Shown here in pieces: positions 1 to 10,599 of a DNA stretch of 64,000 bases (position 1 is its first letter; each line of letters begins with the position of its first letter). This DNA is from Mobula hypostoma (Eukaryota): NCBI RefSeq assembly GCF_963921235.1, contig NC_086108.1, positions 106,394,001-106,458,000 of the forward strand, in the 5' to 3' direction. Below the pieces are notes generated by a model. That model did not search any database. It saw only the letters and a list, made by a program, of their open reading frames with translations, and was not told the DNA's origin. Both the position numbers and the translations under genes were made by a program.

Positions 1-73
1 TGTGTGTGTGGTGTGTGTGTGTGTGTGTGTGTGGTGTGTGTGTGTGTGAGTGTGGTGGGTGTGTTTGCGTGTT

Positions 74-109
<36 letters not shown>

Positions 110-113
110 GTGT

Positions 114-150
<37 letters not shown>

Positions 151-535
151 TGTGTGGTGTGTGTGTGTGTGTGTGTGTGGTGTGTGTGTGTGTGAGTGTG
201 GTGGGTGCGTTTGCGTGTTTATGTGTGTGTGTGTGTGTGAGTGTGTGTGTGTGTGGTGTGTGTGTGTGAGTGTGTGTGTGTGGTGTGTGTGTGTGTTGTG
301 TGTGTGAGTGTGTGTGTGTGTGTGTGTGAGTGTGTGGTGTGTGTGTGTGTGTGTGTGGTGTGTGTGTGTGTGAGTGTGGTGGGTGTGTTTGCGTGTTTAT
401 GTGTGTGTGTGTGTGTGTGTGAGTGTGTGTGTGTGTGGTGTGTGTGTGTGAGTGTGTGTGTGTGGTGTGTGTGTGTGAGTGTGTGTGTGTGAGTGTGTGG
501 TGTGTGTGTGTGAGTGTGTGTGTGTGAGTGTGTGT

Positions 536-569
<34 letters not shown>

Positions 570-817
570 TGTGTGTGTGTGTGGTGTGTGTGTGTGAGTG
601 TGTGTGTGTGAGTGTGTGTGTGAGTGTGTGTGTGTGTGGTGTGTGTGTGTGAGTGTGTGTGTGTGAGTGTGTGGTGTGTGTGTGTGAGTGTGTGTGTGTG
701 GTGTGTGTGTCTGTGTGTGTGTGTGAGTGTGTGTGTGTGGTGTGTGTGTGTGTGGTGTGTGTGTGTGAGTGTGTGTGTGTGGTGTGTGTGTGTGTGTGTG
801 TGTGAGTGTGTGTGTGT

Positions 818-851
<34 letters not shown>
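1..851. repeat. Degenerate (TG)n microsatellite with a recurring higher-order unit
   Basis: Near-pure TG dinucleotide with TGAG/TGG interruptions. The 22-mer GTGGGTGYGTTTGCGTGTTTAT recurs at 55, 201 and 379. Confidence 0.97.
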
Positions 852-852
<1 letters not shown>

Positions 853-926
853 TGCTTTTCATTGATTCTATTTTCTTTCTTTGTTCTGCTGTGAATGCCT
901 GCAAGGAAATGATTCTCAAGGTTGTC

Positions 927-993
927 CAGTACTGTGCAAAAATATTCAGCATAGATATGTAAATAGGGTGCCTAAGACTTTTGCACTGTACTA
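927..993. mobile_element. Tc1/mariner-like TIR-only MITE (CAGTACTGTGCAAAA family), copy 1
   Basis: Imperfect palindrome CAGTACTGTGCAAAA...CTTTTGCACTGTACTA followed by TA. Confidence 0.75.
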
Positions 994-1168
994 TAAATGG
1001 TAAAGAGATTTGCTCGCTGGTGATCTCAATGCATGGAGTTAGGTGAATATAACAGGTATTCATTCAAATAAGAACCAGACACCAGTTCTTAACATAAATT
1101 GTAAATTGCAAGCAGTAAATTGAAGTTACAATACCGTACAAAACCCTTAGGCACCCTAGCTATATATA

Positions 1169-1235
1169 CAGTATTGTGCAAACATCTTAAGCACATAGAT
1201 ATAGCCAGTGTATCTAAGACTTTTGCACAGTACTG
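1169..1235. mobile_element. Tc1/mariner-like TIR-only MITE, copy 2
   Basis: TA|CAGTATTGTGCAAA...TTTTGCACAGTACTG|TA; 67 bp, TA on both sides. Confidence 0.85.
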
Positions 1236-1637
1236 TAGTAATTTTATGCATTACACTGAATTGCTGCCACAAAAAAAAACAAATTTCATGACATACGTAA
1301 GTGATGATAAACCTGATTCTGATATGGGTCTCTATTGAGAGTGGGAAGGGGGCAGGGAGAGGGAAATCATGGTTGGGAAGAGGGGAAGGGAGAGGGAGGG
1401 TGCAGAAAGCACCAGAGAGACATTCTGCAATGACCAATTAGCCAATTGTTTGGAATCAAATGACCTTGCCTGGTGTCTCAGGGCTGGGTGTGTCTGTACC
1501 TTGCCACCTCCTGCCCTGGCACTCCTTCTCTGCCACCCGTCCCACACCCCTCCCGTGGCACTCCACGTTCACGATTCCCAACATCCTTTGCTCCCACCAG
1601 ATTTACAAACTTGCTCTTCCCTCCATGTTGACGAATA

Positions 1638-1702
1638 CAGTACTGTGCAAAAATCTTAAGCACACTAGTATACATATTGCCTAAGACTTTTACACAGTAC
1701 TG
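1638..1702. mobile_element. Tc1/mariner-like TIR-only MITE, copy 3
   Basis: TA|CAGTACTGTGCAAAA...TTTTACACAGTACTG|TA; 65 bp. Confidence 0.85.
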
Positions 1703-2058
1703 TATATGGTGACAAATATGTACTTTGATAATAAATTTATTTTGAACTTTGAAATTTGATATTAAGAAATGAATATAGTATGAACAAAGAGGGGTGATAC
1801 TCTCACTTTACAAATCATGGGTGCTATTGTGCTTAGAGTATTGAGTACAGTCTTGGCTATCAAAGTGCAATATCCTTTTGAGGGGATACTGAAGATTAAG
1901 CTCAGACTGATTTGATTAAGGAAAGCAATTATATAAAGTGAGCATGTCTTCATTGGATAAAAAGTTTAGGAGATAAAGCGATTCTATCTTTCCTTTCTTG
2001 AGGTCATTGATAGACCAGTTAAGATTTTACATTTGAGAACCTTCATGGTTCTCCATTA

Positions 2059-2480
2059 TCAGAATTAGAATCAGAATCAGGTTTAATATCACTGGCATAT
2101 GTCATGATATTTGTTGTTTTGTGGCAGTAGTATATTGCAATACATAATAATAAAAAGCTATAAATTACAATAAGAAGTGTATATTAAAATAAGTAAATTG
2201 AATGAGTATTGCAAAATGAGAGGAAAAAATACTGAGGTAGCATTCTTGGGTTCATTGTCCATTCAGAAATCTAATTGCAGAGGGGGAAAAGCTGTTCCTG
2301 AAATGTTGAGTGCATGCTTTCAGGTTCCTGTACCTCCTTCATGATGGTAGCGATGAGAAGAGGGTATGTTCTGGATGATGGAGGTCCTTAATGATGGATG
2401 CTGCCATTTTGTGACATCGTTTTTTGGAGGTGTCCTCAATGCTGGGGAGGCTAGTGCCCATGATTTGATGGTTTAGCGAA
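2059..2480 (-). mobile_element. Rex1/Babar LINE 3' fragment
   Basis: Translates to LPSIEDTSKKRCHKMAASIIKDLHHPEHTLFSSLPS (Rex1/Babar ORF C-terminus); (GATTCT)n tail. Confidence 0.8.
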
Positions 2481-2519
2481 TTTATGTTTATATTGTGCTT
2501 GTATTTTATAGTCATTATG

Positions 2520-3360
2520 ATCATAAAATCTACAATGAGGTAATGCAGCATATCTCTAAAACTCTGGCTGGATCACAATTGGTGATTTGTGTTCAGTTCT
2601 GGCTGCCTCTTTTATAGAAAGGATGAGGAAGCTTTAAAGGGGGTGAAGAGGAGATTTACCAGGATGATGCCTGGACTAGAGAGGTCTAATGAGGACAGGC
2701 TGAGAGAATGAGAGCTTTTCTCTTTAGAATAAAGGAGGATGAAAGGTGCCTTGATAGCAGTGTACAAGATGATAAGAAGCATAGATAGTGCGGACCACCA
2801 GAAACTTTTTTTCCAGGGTGGTAATGGCTAATACGAGAGGGCATACTTTTAAGATAGTTGGAGAAAAGTATAGGAAGGATGTCAGGAAGTTAGAATTGAA
2901 GGGTGCATGGAACACATATCTGGGGTGATGGTAGAGGCAGATATATTAAATAGAGTTTACAGAATCTTAGTAAGGCAAATGAATGAAAGGAAAATGGAAG
3001 GTAATGAGCTACATCGGAGGGAGGTGTCAGATTGATCTTGAAGTAGGTGGGAGAGACAAGGACCAGAGGGCACAGCCTCATAATATATGTATTCCTTTTG
3101 AACTGAGATGAGGAGGAATTTCTTTTGCCACAGGGAGATGAGAATGAGTTTCTTTAGCTAGATGGTAGTGGATATGTGGAATTCATTGCCACAGACAGCT
3201 TTGAAGGCTAAGCATTTGAGTATATTTAAAGCAGATATCAAAGGTTATGGGGAGAAGGCAGGAGAATGGAGTTCAGAGGGAAAATAAATCAGATATGGTT
3301 GAATGACAGAGCAGGTTCAATGGGCCGAATGGCCTAATTCTGCATCTTATAGTCTAAGAT
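2520..3360 (+). mobile_element. Two degenerate CR1 LINE 3' fragments in tandem
   Basis: CR1 ORF2 C-terminal sequence (GGAGATTTACCAGGATG, GGGCACAGCCTCA, GAGGAATTTCTTT) and a CR1 3'UTR ending GGGCCGAATGGCCTAATTCTGC. Confidence 0.8.
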
Positions 3361-3534
3361 GATAGTTATTTGGCAGCCGTAGAAAGGTATGGTTATATCC
3401 CCACACAATGGAAAGACGTATTGGCTTCGGCATGTGCAGAGCAGATTTATCTAGGCACCAAGGGTTAAACTACAAGGAAAAACAACACCAGCCAGCACTG
3501 CATTAAGGTTCAAATGTTAAGGAGAATTGATACC

Positions 3535-4130
3535 AGAACACAGAACACTACAGCACAGCACAGGCACATTGGCCACCTTGTTGTGTCAATATTTTAATCT
3601 ATTCTACAACAAATCCAACCATCCCCTCCTGCAAAGCTTTAAAATTTACCATCACCCATGCGCTTATTAAGAGTTTCTTAAACGCTCATTATGTATCTAC
3701 CTCCACCACAACACCCAGCATGTACTCACCACTCTGTGCAGAATGCTTACCTCTGACACCTCCCCTTATACTTTCCTCCAATCACCTTACAATTATGCCC
3801 CCTGGTATGGGCCATTTCCACCTCTGGCTAACTACACAGTCAATGTATCTTTTCGTCTTGTACACCTCCATCAAATTGCCTCTCATCCCCTTTGCTCCAA
3901 AGTGAGCCCTAGCTCACTTCATAAGACATGTTCTTGAATCCAGGCAGCATCCTGGTAAATCTCCTCTGCACACTGTAACGCTTCCACATCTTTCCTATTA
4001 TGAGGTGACCAGAACTCAACACAATAGTCTAAGTGTGTTATAACTGGGGTTTTATAGAGCTGCAACATTATCTCACAATCTTTGAACTCAATTCCCCCAA
4101 CTAATGAAGGCCAACACATCATATGCATGG
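3535..4130 (-). mobile_element. CR1 LINE 3' fragment
   Basis: ORF 3919-4221 contains IMLQLYKTPVITHLDYCVEFWSPHNRKDVEALQ. Confidence 0.85.
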
Positions 4131-4139
4131 CAATTTTGA

Positions 4140-4490
4140 GGGATCTAAGGATGTGGTTGGGTGTCAAGCTCTCCCAACGGTGGAGTAAGGTGCTCCTTCC
4201 CTTCTTTAGCCTGCAGGTCACCCTTGGGCAAGGTGTAGCACCTGCTCAGCTCCCCTGATCAGTGAAACGACGGAAAAGAGGTGGTGGATGGTCATATCAG
4301 CAGTTGGAAAATATCACGTCATGATTTTGTGACCACTGACGCCAGGCAGACAATCTCCGGAGAGTCTTGACAATGGATGGGGTCATCCACCTTGTAAAGA
4401 CACTGTCCAGAAGAAGACAATGGCAAACTACTTCTATAGAAAATTTTGACAAAAGCAGCCCTGGCAATTGAACATGATCACCTATGTCTG
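4140..4490 (+). mobile_element. RTE-derived non-autonomous element with BovB-like 3' region
   Basis: 3' part GAAGACAATGGCAAACTACTTCTATAG resembles the RTE/BovB GAAGGCAATGGCAAACCAC motif. A reverse copy of the same 3' part lies at ~51085-51240. Confidence 0.6.
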
Positions 4491-4491
4491 T

Positions 4492-6890
4492 AAGACCACA
4501 AGACATAGGAGCAGAAATTAGGCCATTTGGCCCATCAAGTTTCCTCCACCATTCAATCATGGTGATCCTTTTCTCCCCTCCCCAGCCTTCTCCCCATAAC
4601 CTTTGATGCTGGTTCCAACCAAGAACCGACCAATCTTTGCCTTAAATATATCCAGTGACTTTGCCTCCACAGTTGCCTGTGGTAATAAATTCCACAAATT
4701 CACCACCCTCTGGCTAAAGAAATTTCTCTGCATCTCTGTTTTAAAAGGATGCTTCTCTATTCTGAGGCTGTGCCCTCTTGTCCTAGACTCCCCCATCATG
4801 GGAAACATCATTCCTACTGCTGCTCTATCCAGGCCTTTCAACATTCAAAAGGTTTCAATGAGATCCCCCTCATCCTTCTAAACTTCAGTGAGTACAGACG
4901 CAGACCCATCAAATGTACCTCAAACTCTTTCATTTCCAGAATCATCCATATGAACCTCTTCTGAACCCTCTCCAATGCCAGCACATCTTTTCTTAGATGA
5001 GGAGCCCAAAACTGTTCATGATAGTCAAGGTGAGGCCTGACCAGTGCCTTATGAAGCCTCAGCATCATATCCCCGCTCTTGTATTCTAGACCTCTTGAAA
5101 TGAATGCTAATATTGCATTTGCTTTCCTCACCATTGACTCAACCTCCAAGTTAACCTTTAAGGTGTTCTGCACATGGACTCCCAAGTCCCTTTCCATCTC
5201 AGATTTTTTAATTTTCTCCTTGTTTAGGAAATAGTCTGCAGATTTATTTATTTTTACCACCAAAGTGCATGACCATGCATTTTCCAACATTGTATTCCAC
5301 TGCATCCCCTTTATCTATGCTATGTGTAATCCACTCAAAGAATTCCAACAGATTCATCAGGCAAGATTTTCCCTTAAGGAAACCATCCTGACTTTGTCCT
5401 GTCTTGTGCTGTGTCACTAATTACTCCATAACCTCATCCTTAGCAATTGACTCCAACATCTTCCCAAACACTGAGGTCAGGCTAACTGGTCTATGATTTC
5501 CTTTCTGCAGCCTTCTTCCTTTTTTAAAGAGTAGAGTGACATTTGCAATTTTCCAGTCCTCTGGAACCTTGCCAGAGTCCAATGGCATTTGAAAGATCAT
5601 TCCTACTGCCTCCACAATCTCTGCCACTACCTCCTTCAGAACCCTAGGGTGCAGTTCATTTGGCCCAGGTTACTTATGTACCCTTAGGTCTTTCAGCTTT
5701 TTGAGCACCTTCTCCCTTGTAATAGTAACTGCACTGGCTTCTCTTCCCTCGCACCTTTCAACATCTGGCACTCTGCTAACATCCTCCACAGTCCAGACAG
5801 ATGCAAAATACTCGTTTAGTTCATCTGCCATTTCTTTGGCCCCCATTATTATTTCTCTGGCCTCATTTTCTAGTGGTCCTATATCCCCTCTCATCTCTTT
5901 TATTTGTTACATATTTGAAAAAGCTTTTATTATCCACTTTGATATTGTTTGCTAGCTTGCTTTCATATTTTATATTATCTCTCCTAATTATTCTTTTAGT
6001 TGCTTGCTGTAGGGTTTTAAAAGCTTCCAAACCTTCCCACTAATTTTTGCTTTGTTGTATGCCCTTTCTTTTGCTTTTACATTAGCTTTGACTTCCCTTG
6101 CCAGCCACCGTTGTATTATTTTTCCATTTGAGTATTTCTTTGTCTTTGAAGTACATCTCTCTTGCATCTTCCTCATTTTTCCCAGAAACTCATGCCATTG
6201 CTGCTGTGCTGTCATCCCTGCCATCATCTTCTTCCTATTTACTCAAGCCAGCTCCTCTTTCATACCACTGTAATTTCCTTTACTCCACTGAACTACTACT
6301 ACATTAGACGTTACTTTCTCCCTATCAAATTTCAAGTTGAACTCAATCATATTGCCTCCTAAGGGTTATTTTAATTTAACCTCCCTAATTAGCTCTGGGT
6401 CATTACATAACACCCAATCCAGTATAATTGATCCCCTAGTAGGCTCAAGGACAAAATGCTCAAAAAAGGACATCTCATAGGCATTCAACAAACTCACTGT
6501 CTTGGAATCCATTTCCAACCTGATTTTTCCAATTGACTTACATGTTGAAATCGCCCATGACTATCATAATATTGCCCTTTTGACACGCCTTTCCTATTTC
6601 CTGTTGTAATCTGTATTGCACATCCCAGCTACAGTTGGGAGGCCAGTACGTAACTGCTATCGGGGTCTTTTTACTCTTGCAGATTCTTAATTCAACCCAC
6701 AAGGATTCAACATCTTCTGATCCTATGTCACATCTTTCTACTGATTTGATGCCATTCTTTACCAGCAGAGCCACACCACCCCCTCTGCCTACCTTCCTAT
6801 CCCTCCAATACAATGTGTAACCTTGGATATTTAGCTCCCAACTACAACCATCCTTCAGCCATACTTCAGTGATGGCCACAACATCATCCC
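4492..6890 (-). mobile_element. CR1 LINE, 5'-truncated and internally deleted (endonuclease and RT remnants)
   Basis: ORF pieces DVVAITEVWL...GGGVALLVK...VMGDFN (endonuclease), VPEDWKIANVT...RPVSLTS and LVRPHLDY...RNFFSQRVVNLWN; CR1 3'UTR at ~4492-4600. Confidence 0.93.
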
Positions 6891-7429
6891 TGAACATCTG
6901 TAAAAGTTCAAGGAGATCATGCACCTTATTTCTCATACATGATATGACACGGCACATAATAATGATGATGAAGAATGTGAACCTCAAGATCCCTCTCTTC
7001 CTGCACGCTGCTGAGAATCCTGGTATTTACCTTGTACTCTGATTTCAAATTCAACCTTCCAAAGTGAATCGCTTCACACTTCTGACTGATCTCCAACTGC
7101 TCCTGATTGAGAGGAGTTTGGTGCCTGGAGAATATGTATCCAACCTGCAACTTTCCATCTAATGTTTTTTACAGCTGTGCGGAGAAACCACTGCTCTGAG
7201 CAGGAAATTTTTGCATGTGGCACTTTAATAAAGCTGGTTGTGAAATAAAATTCCAGCTGCATGACAACAAATGCTATGTGCACGGGAGCTTTTTAGTTAC
7301 TGCGCTGCTTAGAGTGAACAGTGCCAACCAGGCCTCTCCAATATTAGAAAGCATTATTGCATAAAGAGGCAGTTATTAATTTTGCCAGTTATTAATTTTA
7401 TGTCTGTAAATTATTTTTTATTGTAGATT

Positions 7430-7545
7430 TAAGAGCTTCCAGATGCTGGAGTCAGGGGTAATATAGAGGAACCTAGCAGATCAGGCAGCATCCGTGGAGG
7501 GAAATGGATAGTTGACATTTCAGTTTGAGACCCTTCATCTGGACT
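7430..7545 (-). mobile_element. PLE terminal-repeat fragment with decayed hammerhead
   Basis: CAGATGCTGG...GGCAGCATC...TTGACATTTCAGTTTGAGACCCTTCATCTGGACT is homologous to the PLE repeat at 21524-21660. Confidence 0.75.
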
Positions 7546-7734
7546 CAAGGTTTCTTTTATTAACCATCAATAAAGTGGAAATGACGGGTTGGACTCAGGG
7601 TTCTGCTCAGCCAGGAACTTATTGAATGGCTGGATATGTTCCAGGGGCAAGAAGTTCTCATGGAAACAAAGGGTGAAGTCATTTCTCTGTAGACTTTAAA
7701 TTTCGTGGAAGGCAATTACAGAAAAGTGTTTAAG

Positions 7735-8125
7735 ATACCGAATCAACCTCAGGTTTAATATCACCAGCATAAGCCTTGAAATTTGTTGTTGTTGTGCAGC
7801 AGTACAATGCAACACATAATAATAAAACTGTAAATTCCAGTAAGTACACGTACATCGGTGAATCATTGAACGTGTGTCCTGAGGCTCCTGTACCCCCTTC
7901 CTGATGGTAGCAATAAGAATAAGTAACAGGTCCTTGTAATGGGGTCCTTAATGATGGATGCCAATTTTTGATGCACCACTCCTTGAAGATGTCCTGGATC
8001 CTAGCACCCATAATGGAGCTGACTGAGTTTTCAACTTTCTGCAACTTATTTCAATCCCTGTGAAGAACCATACCCACCCCCACCCCCCAGTACCAGGAGG
8101 TGATGCAGCCAGTTAGAATGCAACG
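7735..8125 (-). mobile_element. Rex1/Babar LINE 3' fragment
   Basis: QKVENSVSSIMGARIQDIFKEWC and the same tail type as 2059-2480. Confidence 0.75.
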
Positions 8126-8127
8126 AA

Positions 8128-8227
8128 TCATGAGGCGGATGGGCTACAGCAACAGAAGACCACAAACATACACTCCGTAGCCACTTTATTAGGTACAGGA
8201 GGTAACCAATAAAGTGGCCACTGAGTG
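8128..8227 (+). mobile_element. Tc1-like remnant ending in a 57-bp TIR-TIR palindrome (8171-8227)
   Basis: Transposase codons MGYSNRRP, then TA|CACTCCGTAGCCACTTTATTAGGTAC...AATAAAGTGGCCACTGAGTG|TA. Confidence 0.8.
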
Positions 8228-9500
8228 TATGTTGCCAGTTGGCATAGGAGGGATTTGCATACTGATTGTCTGGGATCGTGGAAAAGGGCAGACGGCACAA
8301 TTGCTTGAGGTCCCTTGAAACTCTCGACTATTTTAATCTGAAATTAGTTTGTAGTGGGTGGGTGATAGTGGGTGGGGGGGGGCAAGTTACCAAAATGAAC
8401 AGCTTTCAGTGAGAGGTCTCTTGATAATAAAAAAAGTGACGTCAAAGCTTCTATTCAGGGAGAACGGTCCCCAAGAGGTTTATAAATCCCGCTCTACTGA
8501 CATGTCAGTGTTGTTCTAAGAGGGAGATAATCATTTACTGTTGACAGCTGTTGAAAAGTGTTCAGGTTCATGAAATTTGCTTTGCGTTTATCTTCATTTA
8601 CTGGGGATACAGCGAGTAGGAGTAAATGATTGCTTATTTGTCGTAACCGTCATGGTAACAGACAATGCCTGAACTCTTCCCACTGGAGGGGGTTTCGGTA
8701 TCTGAGTGGTAGACTGTGTGAGACGAACCGCGGGACCCTCAAGATTCAGGATTCAAGACTGCAAGATTCAAGTGTATTAATCATGTGTACATCAAAACAT
8801 ACAGTTAAACGCGCTGTTTGTGTTAACAACCAACACAGCCTAGGGTGTACTGAGGACAGCCCGCAAATGTCAACACACGTTACACGCCAACAATCCACAA
8901 TGGTCAGCAGAACAACACAGAATGCAACAAGAATATAAAGGAGGATAGTAAAAGCTTCTTTAGGTATGTGAAAAGGAAAAAAAAAATAGTTAAGACCAAA
9001 ATTGGGCTCTTGAAGACAGAAATGGGTGAATTTATTATGGGGAACAAGGAAATGGCAGACGAGTTGAACAGGTACTGTGGATCTGTCTTCACAAGGGAAG
9101 ACACAAACATCAGATATAATAGTGGCCAAAGGACCTAGGGTAATGGATGAACTGAAGGAGATTTATATTAGGCAGGAAATGGTGTTGGATAGACTGTTGG
9201 GTCTGAAGGCTGATAAGTCCCCAGGACCTGATGGTCTGCATCCCAGGCTACTTAAGGAGGTGGCTTTAGAAATCGTGGACGCATTGGTAATCATTTTCCA
9301 ATGTTCTATAGATTCAGGATCAGTTCCTATGGATTGGAGGGTGGCTAATGTTGTCCCTCTCTTCAACAAGGGAGGAAGAGAGAAAACAGGGAATTATAGA
9401 CCGAAACAACAGGAATTCTGCAGATGCTGGAAATTCAAGCAACACACATCAAAGTTGCTGGTGAATGCAGCAGGCCAGGCAGCATCTCTAGGAAGAAGTG

Positions 9501-9540
9501 CAGTTGACGTTTCAGGCCGAGACCCTTCGTCAGGACTAAC
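9501..9540 (-). ncRNA. Minimal type I hammerhead ribozyme, inverted arm (one stem I mismatch)
   Basis: Minus strand AGTC-CTGACGA-A-GGGTCTCGGCCT-GAAA-CGTC-AACT. Confidence 0.7.
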
Positions 9541-9720
9541 TGAAGGAAGAGTGAGTAAGAGATTTGAAAGCTGGAGGGGGAGGGGCATATCCAAAATGAT
9601 AGGAGAAGACAGGAGGGGGAGGGATAGAGCCAAGAGCTGGACAGGTGATAGGCAAAAGGGATACGAGAGGATCATGTGGCAGGAGGTCTGGGAAGAAAGA
9701 CAAGGAGGGCGGGGGGGGGT

Positions 9721-10263
9721 GGACGAGATCCCACCACTAAGCACATCTTTCCCTCCCCCCCTCTCTCTGCATTCCGCAGGGATCGTTCCCTACGCGACTC
9801 CCTTGTCCATTCATCCCCCCCATCCCTCCCCACTGATCTCCCTCCTGGCACTTATCTGTGTAAGCGGAACAAGTGCTACACATGCCCTTACACTTCCTCC
9901 CTTACCACCATTCAGGGCCCCAAACAGTCCTTCCAGGTGAGGCAACATTTCACCTGTGAGTCAGCTGGGGTGATATACTGCGTCCGGTGCTCCCGATGTG
10001 GCCTTTTATATATTGGCGAGACCCGACGCAGACTGGGAGACCGCTTTGCTGAACACCTACGCTCTGTCCGCCAGAGAAAGCAGGATCTCCCAGTGGCCAC
10101 ACATTTCAATTCCACATCCCATTCCCATTCTGACATGTCTATCCACGGCCTCCTCTACCATAAAGATGAAGCCACACTCAGGTTGGAGGAACAACACCTT
10201 ATATTCCGTCTGGGTAGCCTCCAACCTGATGGCATGAACATCAACTTCTCTAACTTCCGCTAA
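9721..10263 (+). pseudogene. PLE C-terminus: Cys-rich linker plus GIY-YIG endonuclease (open frame, no native start)
   Basis: CKRNKCYTC linker; GVIYCVRCSRCGLLYIGETRRRLGDRFAEH; PVATHFN; EEQHLIFRLGSLQPDGMN. Confidence 0.93.
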
Positions 10264-10561
10264 TGCCCTACCTCCCCCTCGTACCCCATCTGTTACTTAT
10301 TTTTATACACACATTCTTTGTCTCACTCTCCTTTTTCTCCCTCTGTCCCTCTGAATATACCCCTTGCCCATCCTCTGGGTGCACCCCCCACCCTCCTTGT
10401 CTTTCTTCCCGGACCTCCTGTCCCATGATCCTCTCGTATCCCTTTTGCCTATCACCTGTCCAGCTCTTGGCTCCATCCCTCCCCCTCCTGTCTTCTCCTA
10501 TCATTTTGGATCTCCCCCTCCCCCTCCAACTTCCAAATCCCTTACTCACTCTTACTTCAGT

Positions 10562-10599
10562 TAGTCCTGACGAAGGGTCTCGGCCTGAAACGTCGACTG
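10562..10599 (+). ncRNA. Minimal type I hammerhead ribozyme in PLE 3'UTR
   Basis: Stem I AGTC/GACT, core CTGACGA, stem II GGGT-CTCG-GCCT, GAAA, palindromic ACGT in place of stem III; predicted cleavage after C10594. Confidence 0.85.

Larger units (their letters stand above)
852..1755 (+). mobile_element. Rex1/Babar-type LINE 3' tail split by a composite Tc1-MITE insertion (927-1702)
   Basis: GTGAATGCCTGCAAGGAAATGATTCTCAAGGTTGT breaks at ~925 and resumes TATATGGTGAC...GATAATAAATTTATTTTGAACTTTGAA at 1703. Uninterrupted reverse copies of this tail lie near 27115-27190 and 56100-56150. Confidence 0.65.

Noticed and set aside
4..962. Cys/Val-rich ORFs
   Set aside because: Translation of the (TG)n microsatellite.
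9077..9940. 287-aa ORF
   Set aside because: CR1 ORF2 piece reading into antisense PLE UTR and off-frame PLE sequence.
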